NCBI GenBank assembly: GCA_963699055.1
Contig: CAVOTA010000002.1
Location: 1,036,430-1,100,429 of the forward strand
Length of the DNA: 64,000 nucleotides
From: an uncultured Acidimicrobiales bacterium
GTDB taxonomy: Bacteria; Actinomycetota; Acidimicrobiia; Acidimicrobiales; RAAP-2
Reading direction: 5' to 3'
Within the stretch, counting starts at the first letter, position 1. Each line of letters opens with the position of its first letter. A program made the position numbers and the translations under genes. Positions 31,756 to 42,301 of this stretch are shown here, piece by piece. The notes beneath the pieces are model-generated. The model had not been told where the DNA came from. It did no database searches and saw only the letters and a program-made list of their open reading frames with translations.

Positions 31756-34700
31756 CTACGGTGCGATGGTGATCGACAGCACGGCGGTGGCGCTGTCCTG
31801 GTGGTGCAGGGGGGCCGGGCCCTTCTTGTCCAGCACCTGGACAGTGAAGGTATAGGTGCCGGCGAAGGACGCCTTGCCCGAGATGGTCCCCTTGGACTTG
31901 GAGAGCTTGAGCCCCGGAGGGAGGCTGCCCCCGACCACCGACCACGAGTACGGCGGGTTCCCCCACGTCGCCGTCAACGTCGCCGCATACTTCACCTTGT
32001 GGGTGGACGAATAGACGGAGCCCGCCGGCAGCGAGGTCGTCGTGATGGACAGCGGCGGCACGGGAAGGACGGTCAGCGTGGCCGCCGTGGTGTCCACCGA
32101 GCCCACCACGTTGGTGAACACGGCGCGCACCTGCTCGCCGTTCTGGGAGAGCGACGGCGTCACCGTGTAGGTGGTGCCCGTCGCGCCCGACACCGCGGTG
32201 AACGTCGTCCCGCCGTCGGTGGACTCCTGCCACTGCACCGTCGGCGCCGGGGTGCCCGTGGCCGAGGCGGTGAACGTGGCGGGGTGTCCGGTGATGACCG
32301 AGGCGTTGGCCGGGTCCGTCCCCACCACGGGCAGCGTGTCCAGGGTGAGGGTGGCCGCGGTCGACGTCGCCGAGCCCACCGAGTTGGTGAACACGGCCTG
32401 GTACTCGTCACCGGACTCGCCCGGGGAGGTGGTCAGGTCCAGGGTGTCCGAATTCGCCCCCGGGACGTCGGCGAAGGTGGTGCCACCGTCGGTCGACACC
32501 TGCCACTGCACCGTCGGCGCCGGGTTGCCCGAAGCGGCGGCCGTGAAGGTGGCCGTCTGGCCCACGTCGACGAGGACGTCGGTGGGGTCGGTGGTGACGG
32601 TCGGCGACGTGTCCACCGACAGGGTGGCCGACGACGTCGTGGCCGAGCCGATCGAATTGGTGAAGACCGCCTCGTACTGGTTGCCGTCATCGCCGGCTAC
32701 GGCGGCCACATCGAGCGTGGTGCTGTTGGCGCCCACGATCGGCGTGAACGTGGTGCCGCCGTCAGTCGACACCTCCCACTGGACCTCGGGGACCGGGTTG
32801 CCGCTGCCCGCAGCGGTGAAGGTCGCCGTCTGGCCGGCATCGACCGTGGTCGCCACCGGGGACGCGGTCACCGCGGGAGTGGTCCCCACGAAGCCGTAGA
32901 AGGTGAGCGACACCGAGCCGCCGGCCGAGCTGGTGGCGAATGTCGGGGACGACCCGTTCAGCGACCAGGACGAGCCGGCACCGCCGCCTCCGCCCGCACC
33001 GCAGTCCACGCCGGCCGTGGCCGTGCTCCCCAGACCCCCGACGTAGCCGCCACCGCCGCCCCCGTTGCCGGCGGAGTCGCCGAGGGACACGGTGTCGGAT
33101 CCGGGTCCGCCCGGGGTTCCGCTCGGGCTGCCCGACGAGTCGTTCACCCCGCCGGCACCACCGACGTCACCGCTGGTGGCACCCATGCCACCACCCGTAC
33201 CGCTGGGACCGGCACCGGTGCCGTCGAGCGACGGCGACGACGAGCCGCCGCCACCGGTTCCGCCGGTGCCCCCGCCCGATCCGGCACACATCGACTCACC
33301 GCCGCCGCCGCCGCCGGCGGCCACGGCGATCGGGGTGGTCCCGACCTGGCACGACGACCCGACGCACACGGCGCTCGAGCCGCCGCCGCCGCCGCCACTG
33401 CCGTCCGCCCCGCCGGTCCCGAGGCAGGCCGACTCCACGTCGATCCCGGCGCAGTAGTAGCCGTTGCCGCCCGAGCCGCCGTTCGAGTACCCGACGCCGC
33501 CGGCGCCGCCCGTGCTCACGACCCCCGAACCGTGGGGTGCGGTGGCGCCGGTGCAGCCGGCGACCGCGGTGACCTGGGACCCGCCGGACACCGCGTAGGC
33601 GCCGTTCAGGGTGGAGCCCGGACCGCCGGAGCCGCCCGAGTCACTGCTGGCGGCACCACCTCCGCCGCCGCCCGCCCCGCCGACCAGTTTGGCCACGACC
33701 TCGGAGGCGCCTGCCGGAACGTTGGCGGTGGACGGAAGTCCGCAGTTCTGGGTGTCCGTCCAGCTCGACAGTTTGGTCAGCACCTGCGGTCCGAACGAGA
33801 ACTGGTCGGCCGGGACCGGTGCGCTGATGCCCGACGGCGTGGACACGGTCACGTCGACGGTCCCCGACCCCGCCGGCGAGGTCGCCGTGACCGCGGTCGC
33901 CCCGTCAGCGGTGATCGTGCCGGGCACGCCGCCGAAGTCGACCGCCGTGGCACCGTCGAGGTTCGTCCCGGTCACGGTCACGCTGGTCCCACCGGACGTC
34001 GGTCCGGTCGCCGGGGACACCGCGGTGACCACCGGCGGCGGCACCACGGTCGTGTAGGCGAACTGGTCGGCCGGGGACGTCGCCGACGTCCCGTCCGGGC
34101 CGGTCACGGTCACGTCCACCGTCCCCGTGCCCGCCGGCGCCACCGCGGTGATCGACGTCGGGGACGTCACCGTGAACGAGGTCGCCGGCGTCGAGCCGAA
34201 GTCGACCGCCGTGGCACCGGTGAAGTCGCTGCCGGTGACGGTGACGGCGGTGCCCCCGGCCGGCGGACCGGTGGCCGGGGCGACCCCGGTCACCGTGACC
34301 GTGTTGGCGGCGGTCGAGGTGATGGTGGTGGTGGCCAGGGGCGAAGGCGCCTGGTAGGTCGGGTTGTCACCCGAGGCGCAGGCGGAGCAGGACGGGTACC
34401 CGTCGAAGGTCAGGGTGCCGACGATCTGCACCGACGTCACCAGGACGAACTCCGTGAACTCGATGGGCGCCACCGTGCCCACCGCCCCGCTGGCCGTGAA
34501 CTGTGCCGTCACCGTCGGGAGGGTCACGTTGTCCCCTCCGGCGATGCTCGTACTCGGGTTCAGGTAGGTCTCGATGTACGGGTAGACGGTCTTGTAGTTG
34601 CCGGTGTCGATCTGTGCGGTGCAGGCGTCCGCCACGGGTGCCGTGCAGTAGGTGGCGGCGAAGTGGCCGGACGTGGTGGCGTCGCCGCCGGTCACCTGGA

Positions 34701-35355
34701 TCGTGCCGGGGACGTAGGTGAGTCCCTTCGGCACCGGCAGCACGATGGAGAACTGGGACGCGCTGTTGACCGTCACGCCGCTGTCCGACGAGGGCACGCT
34801 GGTGGCGACCGGAGCGATCGACGCCGTGACGGTCGAGCCCTGGAGCGCCGTCGACGGGATGCTCACCGCCGTCTCCACGTCCTGGATCACCCCGGCCAGG
34901 TTCCCGACATCGGCCCCCAGGTACTCGCCCACCGAGGGTGCGTAGGTGAGCGTGGCCGTGGTGCAGTTGCCCGCACTCGGATAGGTGTCACCGGGCGCGC
35001 AGTAGGCGAAGGTCAGCACCTGGGTCCCCGTGGTGCCGGACGCCGGTGTGTAGGTCACGATCCCGTTGGTGGCACCGGCACTCACCGTCGCCGTGCCGCT
35101 GGCGGGCGCCGTCACGATGGTGAGGGATGCGGTGTTGACCGAGGCCGCCCCGCCGGTCACCAGGGTGAGGGCGTCGAACTGGTTGGGTGGTGCGGTGGAC
35201 CCCGGGGTGTACCCGGCGTAGCCGTCGGCGATGACCGGGGCGGCCGAGGCCGGTCCGGCGGTGACGACGGCGAGGCCGGCCACGCCGGCCATCCCCGCCA
35301 CGACGGCGACGGCGCCTCGCGCCAACGACCCTGACCATGCTCGCATCGATCCCAT
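31756..35355 (-). CDS. Large secreted multidomain protein (~1199 aa)
   Basis: ORF 31756..35508, with ATG at 35355 after GGGGGAGG. The signal peptide is MGSMRAWSGSLARGAVAVVAGMAGVAGLAVVTAGPASA. After the N-terminal region come two IPT/TIG units. The Gly-rich block follows (CGLPSTANVPAGASEVVAKLVGGAGGGGGG...SVSLTFYGF, nt 32890-33744). Then come three ...TVQWQVSTDGGTTF... Ig units and a C-terminal LPPGLKLSKSKGTISGKASFAGTYTFTV He_PIG-like unit. Confidence 0.88.
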   Translation of the reverse strand: MGSMRAWSGSLARGAVAVVAGMAGVAGLAVVTAGPASAAPVIADGYAGYTPGSTAPPNQFDALTLVTGGAASVNTASLTIVTAPASGTATVSAGATNGIVTYTPASGTTGTQVLTFAYCAPGDTYPSAGNCTTATLTYAPSVGEYLGADVGNLAGVIQDVETAVSIPSTALQGSTVTASIAPVATSVPSSDSGVTVNSASQFSIVLPVPKGLTYVPGTIQVTGGDATTSGHFAATYCTAPVADACTAQIDTGNYKTVYPYIETYLNPSTSIAGGDNVTLPTVTAQFTASGAVGTVAPIEFTEFVLVTSVQIVGTLTFDGYPSCSACASGDNPTYQAPSPLATTTITSTAANTVTVTGVAPATGPPAGGTAVTVTGSDFTGATAVDFGSTPATSFTVTSPTSITAVAPAGTGTVDVTVTGPDGTSATSPADQFAYTTVVPPPVVTAVSPATGPTSGGTSVTVTGTNLDGATAVDFGGVPGTITADGATAVTATSPAGSGTVDVTVSTPSGISAPVPADQFSFGPQVLTKLSSWTDTQNCGLPSTANVPAGASEVVAKLVGGAGGGGGGAASSDSGGSGGPGSTLNGAYAVSGGSQVTAVAGCTGATAPHGSGVVSTGGAGGVGYSNGGSGGNGYYCAGIDVESACLGTGGADGSGGGGGGSSAVCVGSSCQVGTTPIAVAAGGGGGGESMCAGSGGGTGGTGGGGSSSPSLDGTGAGPSGTGGGMGATSGDVGGAGGVNDSSGSPSGTPGGPGSDTVSLGDSAGNGGGGGGYVGGLGSTATAGVDCGAGGGGGAGSSWSLNGSSPTFATSSAGGSVSLTFYGFVGTTPAVTASPVATTVDAGQTATFTAAGSGNPVPEVQWEVSTDGGTTFTPIVGANSTTLDVAAVAGDDGNQYEAVFTNSIGSATTSSATLSVDTSPTVTTDPTDVLVDVGQTATFTAAASGNPAPTVQWQVSTDGGTTFADVPGANSDTLDLTTSPGESGDEYQAVFTNSVGSATSTAATLTLDTLPVVGTDPANASVITGHPATFTASATGTPAPTVQWQESTDGGTTFTAVSGATGTTYTVTPSLSQNGEQVRAVFTNVVGSVDTTAATLTVLPVPPLSITTTSLPAGSVYSSTHKVKYAATLTATWGNPPYSWSVVGGSLPPGLKLSKSKGTISGKASFAGTYTFTVQVLDKKGPAPLHHQDSATAVLSITIAP

Positions 35356-35787
35356 CGGGTCGACACCTCCCCCTGTCAGCCGCAGGCGATGTCCCCCCCG
35401 GGGGCCCCTGCCGGTCGCGCCCTGCGACGTACAGCAAGGTACGACAACACGGGTTGCTTGGCAACTGATTCCGTTGTAGGTGAGGTGCCCCGGACGACGG
35501 CGTCCCACCAGGTCACTCCGAGGGCAGAGCCGGTCCCACCTGGATAAAGAAGTCTTTACCCCGATCGGCGGTCGCCGGCCGGGTCGCCGGGTGTGCGTGT
35601 CGCTACTGCTCCGTTCATCACCCTTCGTGGTCAGACCACCACGTCATGACGTTTCGTTTGCCGGACGCCGATCGGCGCCATATCTTCGCCGCTGTCGCCG
35701 CAACTGGCGGTGCGGAGGGGACCGGTCGATTCGGGCCCGGGCGACGCGACGCCGACTCCGGGGGGAGCTACGAGGGGGAGGTCCGGC

Positions 35788-38700
35788 GTGACCGAGTCCA
35801 GTGCAGGTGTGACCATGCCGTCCGGTCGGTCGGACGGGGGACGGCGGTCCGGAAGAACACGACGCGCCACGACATGCGGGCTGGTGGCCTCGTTGGTCGC
35901 CGGCGTGCTCGGCGTGACGGCGGCGGCGGTCGTGGTCTCGCCGGGGGTCGCCGGGGCGGCGACCACGCCGACGGCGGCATCGTGGAGCGCCAACCCCAAC
36001 ACCAACTGCGGCACCTACGAGACGGCCAGTCCGCCGGCGGGCACGGTGTCGGCCACCGTGACCCTGTCGGGCGGTGGCGGCGGCGGCGGTGGCACCAATT
36101 CCGGCTCCGGGGGGAGCGGCGGTGCCGGCGGCGAGATCAACAGCACCACGGTCGCCCTGACGCACACGACCGGCACCGTCTCCGTGAAGGTCGGCTGCGG
36201 CGGCAACCCGGGCAACAACGGCGGGATCGACACGACCGTCAACGGCGGCAGCGGGGGTGCCGGGTACGCCGCGGGCGGAACCGGGGGCGACGGGAGCTCG
36301 TCGGTGTCGGTGGACGGCGAGTCGTCCGCCGGAGGGGGCGGCGGCGCGTCCGGTCTCTGTCTCGGCAGTGGGACCTGCACCACCGCGGTCGCCGTGGCCG
36401 GCGGCGGTGGCGGTGGCGGGGCGCGCTGGGACTGCACCGGGTCGACCGGACCCGGGAGCGGTGGCGGCGGCGGGAGCAGTGGGAGTTCGTCGGTCGCATC
36501 CGGCGGCGCCGGGACCAACGGTGACGGGACCGACGGAGCCGGCGGCGGCGGAGGTACGTCGAGCGCCGGCGGCGGCGGGGGCAACGGCTATTCGCACAGC
36601 GGGTCGACCGGTGGCGACACGCCGTACGCCTCGTCGGGCGGCGGCGGGGGCAACGGCAACGGTGGCGAGGCGGGCGCCGGTGGCGGCGGTGGCGGTGGCG
36701 GGTACACCGGTGGTGGTGGTGGTGGTGGCGACAGCTGCTCCACGGGATCGGCGGCCGGCGGAGGCGCCGGTGGCGGATCGTCCGCCGTCAACTCGTCGTA
36801 TGCCGGCACCTTCGCGTACGCGTCCGGTGCGGCCGGCGGCGGCAGCAAGACGGCGGGCAGCACCGGGTCGATCACGCTCACGTGGAACGTGGACAACCTC
36901 TCGGTGACCAACCCCGGCACCCAGTCCAGTGTCTCCGGAACGGCCATCACCAACCTGACCGTCTCGAGCAGCTACGACACGACGGGCGGGAACTCGGTGA
37001 CCACCACGGCCACCGGTCTGCCCGCCGGGCTGTCGATCTCGTCCGGCGGTGTCGTGAGCGGCACCCCCACCACCGCCTGCGCCTGCTCGGTCACCGTGAC
37101 GGCCACCGACAGCCAGTCCCTGTCGGCCTCGACCACCTTCACCTGGAACGTGACCAACACGGTGACGGTGGCCAATCCGGGCACCCACACCAACACGTCG
37201 GGCACGGCCATCGGCACCCTGACGCCCTCGGCCACCGACTCGTCGTCGACGGCCACCATCGCCTCGTGGTCGGCCACCGGCCTGCCCGCCGGGCTGTCGA
37301 TCAACACGTCGACCGGGGCGGTCACCGGCACGCCGACCACCGCCTGCGCCTGCTCGGTCACCCTGACCGCTACCGACTCCAAGGGGTACACCGGGTCGGC
37401 CACCTTCACCTGGAACGTGACCAACACCGTCACGGTGGCCAACCCGGGCACCCAGACCGACACGTCGGGGACGGCCGTCCCGACGCTGACGCCCTCGGCC
37501 ACCGACTCGTCGTCGACGGCCACCATCACCTCGTGGTCGGCCACCGGCCTGCCCGCCGGGACTCTCGATCAACACCTCGACCGGGGCGGTCACCGGCACG
37601 CCGACCACCGCCTGCGCCTGCTCGGTGACCCTGACCGCCACCGACTCCAAGGGGTACACCGGGTCGGCCACCTTCACCTGGAACGTGACCAACACCGTCA
37701 CGGTGGCCAATCCCGGCACCCAGACCGACACGTCGGGCACCGCCATCCCGACGCTGACGCCGTCGGCCACCGACTCGTCGTCGACGGCCACCATCGCCTC
37801 GTGGTCGGCCACCGGCCTGCCCGCCGGGCTGTCGATCAACACCTCGACCGGGGCGGTCACCGGCACGCCGACCACCGCCTGCGCCTGCTCGGTCACCGTC
37901 ACGGCGCGGGACTCGGCCGGCACGACGGGTTCGGCCACCTTCACCTGGAACGTGACCAACACCGTCACGGTGGCCAATCCCGGCACCCAGACCGACACGT
38001 CGGGGACGGCCGTCCCGACGCTGACGCCCTCGGCCACCGACTCGTCGTCGACGGCCACCATCACCTCGTGGTCGGCCACCGGCCTGCCCGCCGGGCTGTC
38101 GATCAACACGTCGACCGGGGCGGTCACCGGCACGCCGACCACCGCCTGCGCCTGTTCGGTCACCCTGACCGCCACCGACTCCAAGGGGTACACGGGGTCG
38201 ACCACGTTCACCTGGAACATGAGCAACACGGTCACGGTGGCCAACCCGGGCACCCAGACCGACACGTCGGGGACGGCCATCGGCACCCTGACGCCGTCGG
38301 CCACCGACTCGTCGTCGACGGCCACCATCGCCTCGTGGTCGGCCACCGGCCTGCCCGCCGGGCTCTCGATCAACACCTCGACCGGGGCGGTCACCGGCAC
38401 GCCGACCACCGCCTGCGCCTGCTCGGTCACCGTCACGGCGCGGGACTCGGCCGGCACGACGGGTTCGGCCTCCTTCACCTGGAACGTGACCAACACGGTC
38501 ACGGTGGCCAACCCCGGCACCCGGACCAGCCCGTCCGGACTGGCCATCGGCACCCTGACGCCCTCGGCCACCGACTCGTCGTCGACGGCCACCATCGCCT
38601 CGTGGTCGGCCACCGGCCTGCCCGCCGGGCTCTCGATCAACTCCTCGACCGGGGCGGTCACCGGCACGCCCACGGTCGCGTGCTCGTGCTCGGTGACCCT

Positions 38701-41700
38701 GACCGCCACCGACTCCAAGGGGTACACCGGGTCGGCTTCCTTCACCTGGAACGTCGGCAACACGGTGACGGTGACCAACCCGGGCACCCACACCGACACG
38801 TCGGGCACGGCCATCCCCACCCTGACCCCCTCGGCCACCGACTCGTCGTCGACGGCCACCATCGCCTCGTGGTCGGCCACCGGCCTGCCCGCCGGGCTCT
38901 CGATCAACACCTCGACCGGGGCGGTCACCGGCACACCGACCACCGCCTGCGCCTGCTCGGTGACCCTGACCGCCACCGACTCGGCGGGCTACACCGGGTC
39001 GGCCACCTTCACCTGGAACATCGACCGACACGGTGACGGTGACCAACCCGGGTGGCCAGACCGACCTGTCCGGCACGGCCATCGGCACCCTGACGCCCTC
39101 GGCCACCGACTCGTCGTCGACGGCCACCATCGCCTCGTGGTCGGCCACCGGCCTGCCCGCCGGGACTGTCGATCAACACCTCCACCGGTGCGGTCACCGG
39201 CACGCCCACCACCGCCTGTGCCTGCTCGGTCACCCTGACCGCCACCGACTCGGCGGGCTACGCCGGGTCGGCCTCGTTCCTCTGGGTCGTGGCCGACACG
39301 GTGACCGCCGAGCCGGTTCCCGACCAGTCGTCGGTGTCGGGTACGGCGCTCACCCTCGCCAGCAGCGGCGCCTCCGACTCGTCCTCGACCGCCACCCTGA
39401 CCTGGTCGGCCACCGGCCTGCCGGCGGGGCTGTCCATCGACCCGTCGACCGGTGCCGTCACCGGTACGCCGACCACGGCCGGCACCGACTCGGTGACGGC
39501 CACGGCCACCGACGGCGCCGGGTACTCGGGCTCGGTCTCGTTCACCTGGACGGTCACCAACGCCGTGACGGTGACCAGTCCCGGTGACCAGTCCGACCCG
39601 TCGGGATCCGCCATCACCACCGTCGACGTACCGGCCGCCGACTCGTCCTCGACCGCCACCCTGACCTGGTCGGCCACCGGCCTGCCGGCGGGGCTGTCCA
39701 TCGACCCGTCGACCGGTGCCGTCACCGGTACGCCGACCACGGCCGGCACCGACTCGGTGACGGCCACGGCCACCGACGGCGCCGGGTACTCGGGCTCGGT
39801 CTCGTTCACCTGGACGGTCACCAACGCCGTGACGGTGACCAGTCCCGGTGACCAGTCCGACCCGTCGGGATCCGCCATCACCACCGTCGACGTACCGGCC
39901 GCCGACTCGTCCTCGACCGCCACCCTGACCTGGTCGGCCACCGGCCTGCCGGCGGGGCTGTCCATCGACCCGTCGACCGGTGCCGTCACCGGTACGCCGA
40001 CCACGGCGTGCTCGTGCGCAGTGGTCGTCACCGTGACCGACGACGCCTCCGTCTCGGGCACCGCCGCCTTCGGCTGGGACGTGGTGAACGTGGTCACCCC
40101 GGCGGTGACGACAGCCCAGACCTCGGTGTCGGGGTCTGCCGTCCCACCGGTCGCCGCTTCCGCCACCGACAGCTCCTCGACGACCACCCTCACCTACTCG
40201 GACGGGGGGACACTTCCCCCGGGTCTGGCCGTCGACCCGTCGACCGGGGTGATCTCCGGCACGCCCACCACGGGCGGGAGCTTCGCCGTGGTCGTCACGG
40301 CCACCGACGGTGCCGGGTACGCCGCCACGGACGCCTTCACCTGGGCCGTCACCGACACCGTCACCGTGACGGGGCCGTCGGCGCAGTCGAACGTCTCGGG
40401 ATCCGCCGCCACCCCGGTCACCGTCACCGCCACGGACAGCTCGACGGTGGCCACGGTGACCTGGTCGGACGGGGGGACACTGCCCCCGGGTCTGACCGTC
40501 GACCCCTCCACCGGGGTGATCTCCGGCACGCCCACCACCGGCGGGAACTTCGAGGTCGTGATCACGGCGACGGACAGCGCCGGGTACGCGGGCTCGGCGT
40601 CGTTCCTGTGGACGGTCAGCAACCTCGTGTCCGGCGCCTCGGTGCCCGACCAGGCCGATCTCTCGGGCTCCCCCATCGCCCCGGTCGACGCCCCGGCGAC
40701 GGACTCGTCGTCCACGGCCACCTTCGACTACACCGACGGCGGCACCCTCCCGCCCGGCCTGTCGGTCGGTACCGGGACCGGCACCATCACCGGCACGCCC
40801 ACCACCGCCGGGACGTACGCCGTAGTGATCACCGTGGCGGACTCGGCCGGGTACGCGGCGACGACCAGCTTCCGGTGGACCGTCACCAACGTGGTCACGC
40901 TCACCACCCCGGAGGGGGTCACCGACGTGACCGGGTGGGCGATCCCCCCGCGGACCCTGGCCGTCACCGACTCGTCGTCGACCACGACGATCACCGGTTG
41001 GTCGGCCACCGGCCTTCCCCCTGGGCTGTCCATCGACCCCACCACGGGCGCCGTGACCGGCACACCGACCACGGCCGGCAACTACTACGCGGTCACCGTT
41101 TCCGCCACCGACGGCGCCGGCTTCAGCGGGTCGACGCACTTCGCCTGGGACGTCACGAACCTCGTGACGGTGGCCCCCATCGCCGACCAGTCGGCACACA
41201 CGTCGTATGCGGTGGCCCCGGTGACCCCGTCGGCCACGGACTCCCAGGTCACACCGGCGGTCACGTTGACCTGGTCCGCCACCGGCCTACCGCCGGGGAT
41301 CGCCGTCGACCACGGGACCGGGACCCTGTCGGGAGCCCCCACCGCGCCCGGCACGTACCCGGTGACGGTGACGGCGACGGACAGCGCCACGCCGCACCAG
41401 TCCGGGTCGACCACCTTCACCTGGTCGGTGACCACGCTCGCTCCGGTCGTCACCGGCGTGACCCCGACGTCCGGTCCGGGTACGGGCGGGACGACGGTCA
41501 AGATCGCCGGCACCGACTTCCAGGGCACCACGGCCGTGGACTTCGGGACGGTGCCGGCCTCGGTGTCGAACGTGAACGCCGCGGGGACCCTGCTCACCGT
41601 GACGTCGCCCGCCCACACCACCGGAGCCGTCGACATCACCGTGACCGCCCGGGGTGGGACCAGCTCGGACGGCACCGCCGACCGGTTCACCTACCTCGGC

Positions 41701-42216
41701 CCGTCGATCAGCGCCATCTCGCCGGCCAGCGGACCGGCGGTGGGCGGCAAGAAGATCAAGATCACCGGCACGGCGCTCACCGGGGCCACCTCGGTGACCT
41801 TCGGCGCCGTGGCGGCCACGGGCGTCAAGGTCAACCATGCCGGCACCCAGGTGACGGCGATCGTGCCGGCCGGCACGCCCGGCTCCGTCGTCATCACGGT
41901 GACCACCCCAGGCGGGACCACCGCACCGGGCCCGGCCGATACGTACACGTACCTGGGCCCGGCCGTCACCGGCGTCTCCCCCGCCGCCGGACCGGCGGCG
42001 GGCGGCACCCGGGTCACGATCGAGGGATCGGGGTTCACCGGGGCGACCACCGTCTCCTTCGGTGCCACCCCGGTCACCACGTTCACGGTGAACAAGGCGG
42101 GGACCACGATCAAGGTGGTGGCGCCGCCGGGCGTGGCCGGGGCGGTCGACATCACCGTGACGATCCCCGGCACCACCTCCTCGCCCGTGGCCGCCGACCG
42201 TTTCACCTATGCCTGA
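35788..42216 (+). CDS. Giant secreted protein (~2141 aa if repaired), interrupted by three +1 single-base insertions
   Basis: It is pieced from ORFs 35710..39036, 37625..39238, 39033..39587 and 39289..42216. The domain order is signal peptide, polyglycine-rich domain, about 17 putative-Ig (He_PIG-like) repeats and 3 IPT/TIG domains. The GTG at 35788 follows GGGGGAGG. The signal peptide is RRATTCGLVASLVAGVLGVTAAAVVVSPGVAGA. The Gly-rich domain spans nt 36007-36890. The repeat consensus is DSSSTATI.SWSATGLPAGLSIN.STGAVTGTPTTACACSVT. Frame changes occur at 37561, 39023-39026 and 39165. Confidence 0.88.
37141..39280 (+). repeat. Eight near-identical tandem 267-nt (89-codon) coding repeats
   Basis: ACCTGGAAC... 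recurs at 37141, 37408, 37676, 37943, 38210, 38477, 38744 and 39011. Spacing is 267 nt, or 268 nt where the extra A is present. Confidence 0.9.
39376..40006 (+). repeat. About 2.4 apparently identical tandem 264-nt coding repeats
   Basis: GACTCGTCCTCGACCGCCACCCTGACCTGG starts at 39376, 39640 and 39904. Copies 1 and 2 look identical by eye, and copy 3 diverges near 40007. Confidence 0.88.
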
Positions 42217-42301
42217 GCACCTCCCGACGCTCCGTGCGGGCGCCGAGCTGACGCCCTCCGTCCGCCGCAGTCCGCGGCCCGACCAGAAAGCGGCTTCCAC
42301 G

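Noticed and set aside
31513-35334. 1273-aa plus-strand ORF
   Set aside because: It is antisense to the 1199-aa secreted protein gene. Its translation is Arg/Gly-rich with no motifs.
36015-36584. Proline-rich ORF (PPPPPAP...) that could look like a cell-wall or extensin-type protein
   Set aside because: It is simply the reverse complement of the GGN-rich glycine domain coding sequence.
37555-37566. Programmed +1 ribosomal frameshifting at GGG-A-CU(C/G)
   Set aside because: The site is attractive because GGG to GGA re-pairing is possible and ACU is a rare codon here. However, the 39023 and 45266 sites have different contexts. The other six repeat copies lack the A. No stimulatory element is evident. 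Indel or assembly error is the more economical explanation. This remains testable by proteomics.
37141-40006. Regularly spaced direct repeats as a possible CRISPR array
   Set aside because: The period is 264-267 nt with no unique spacers. The repeats are in-frame protein-domain units, and no cas genes are present.
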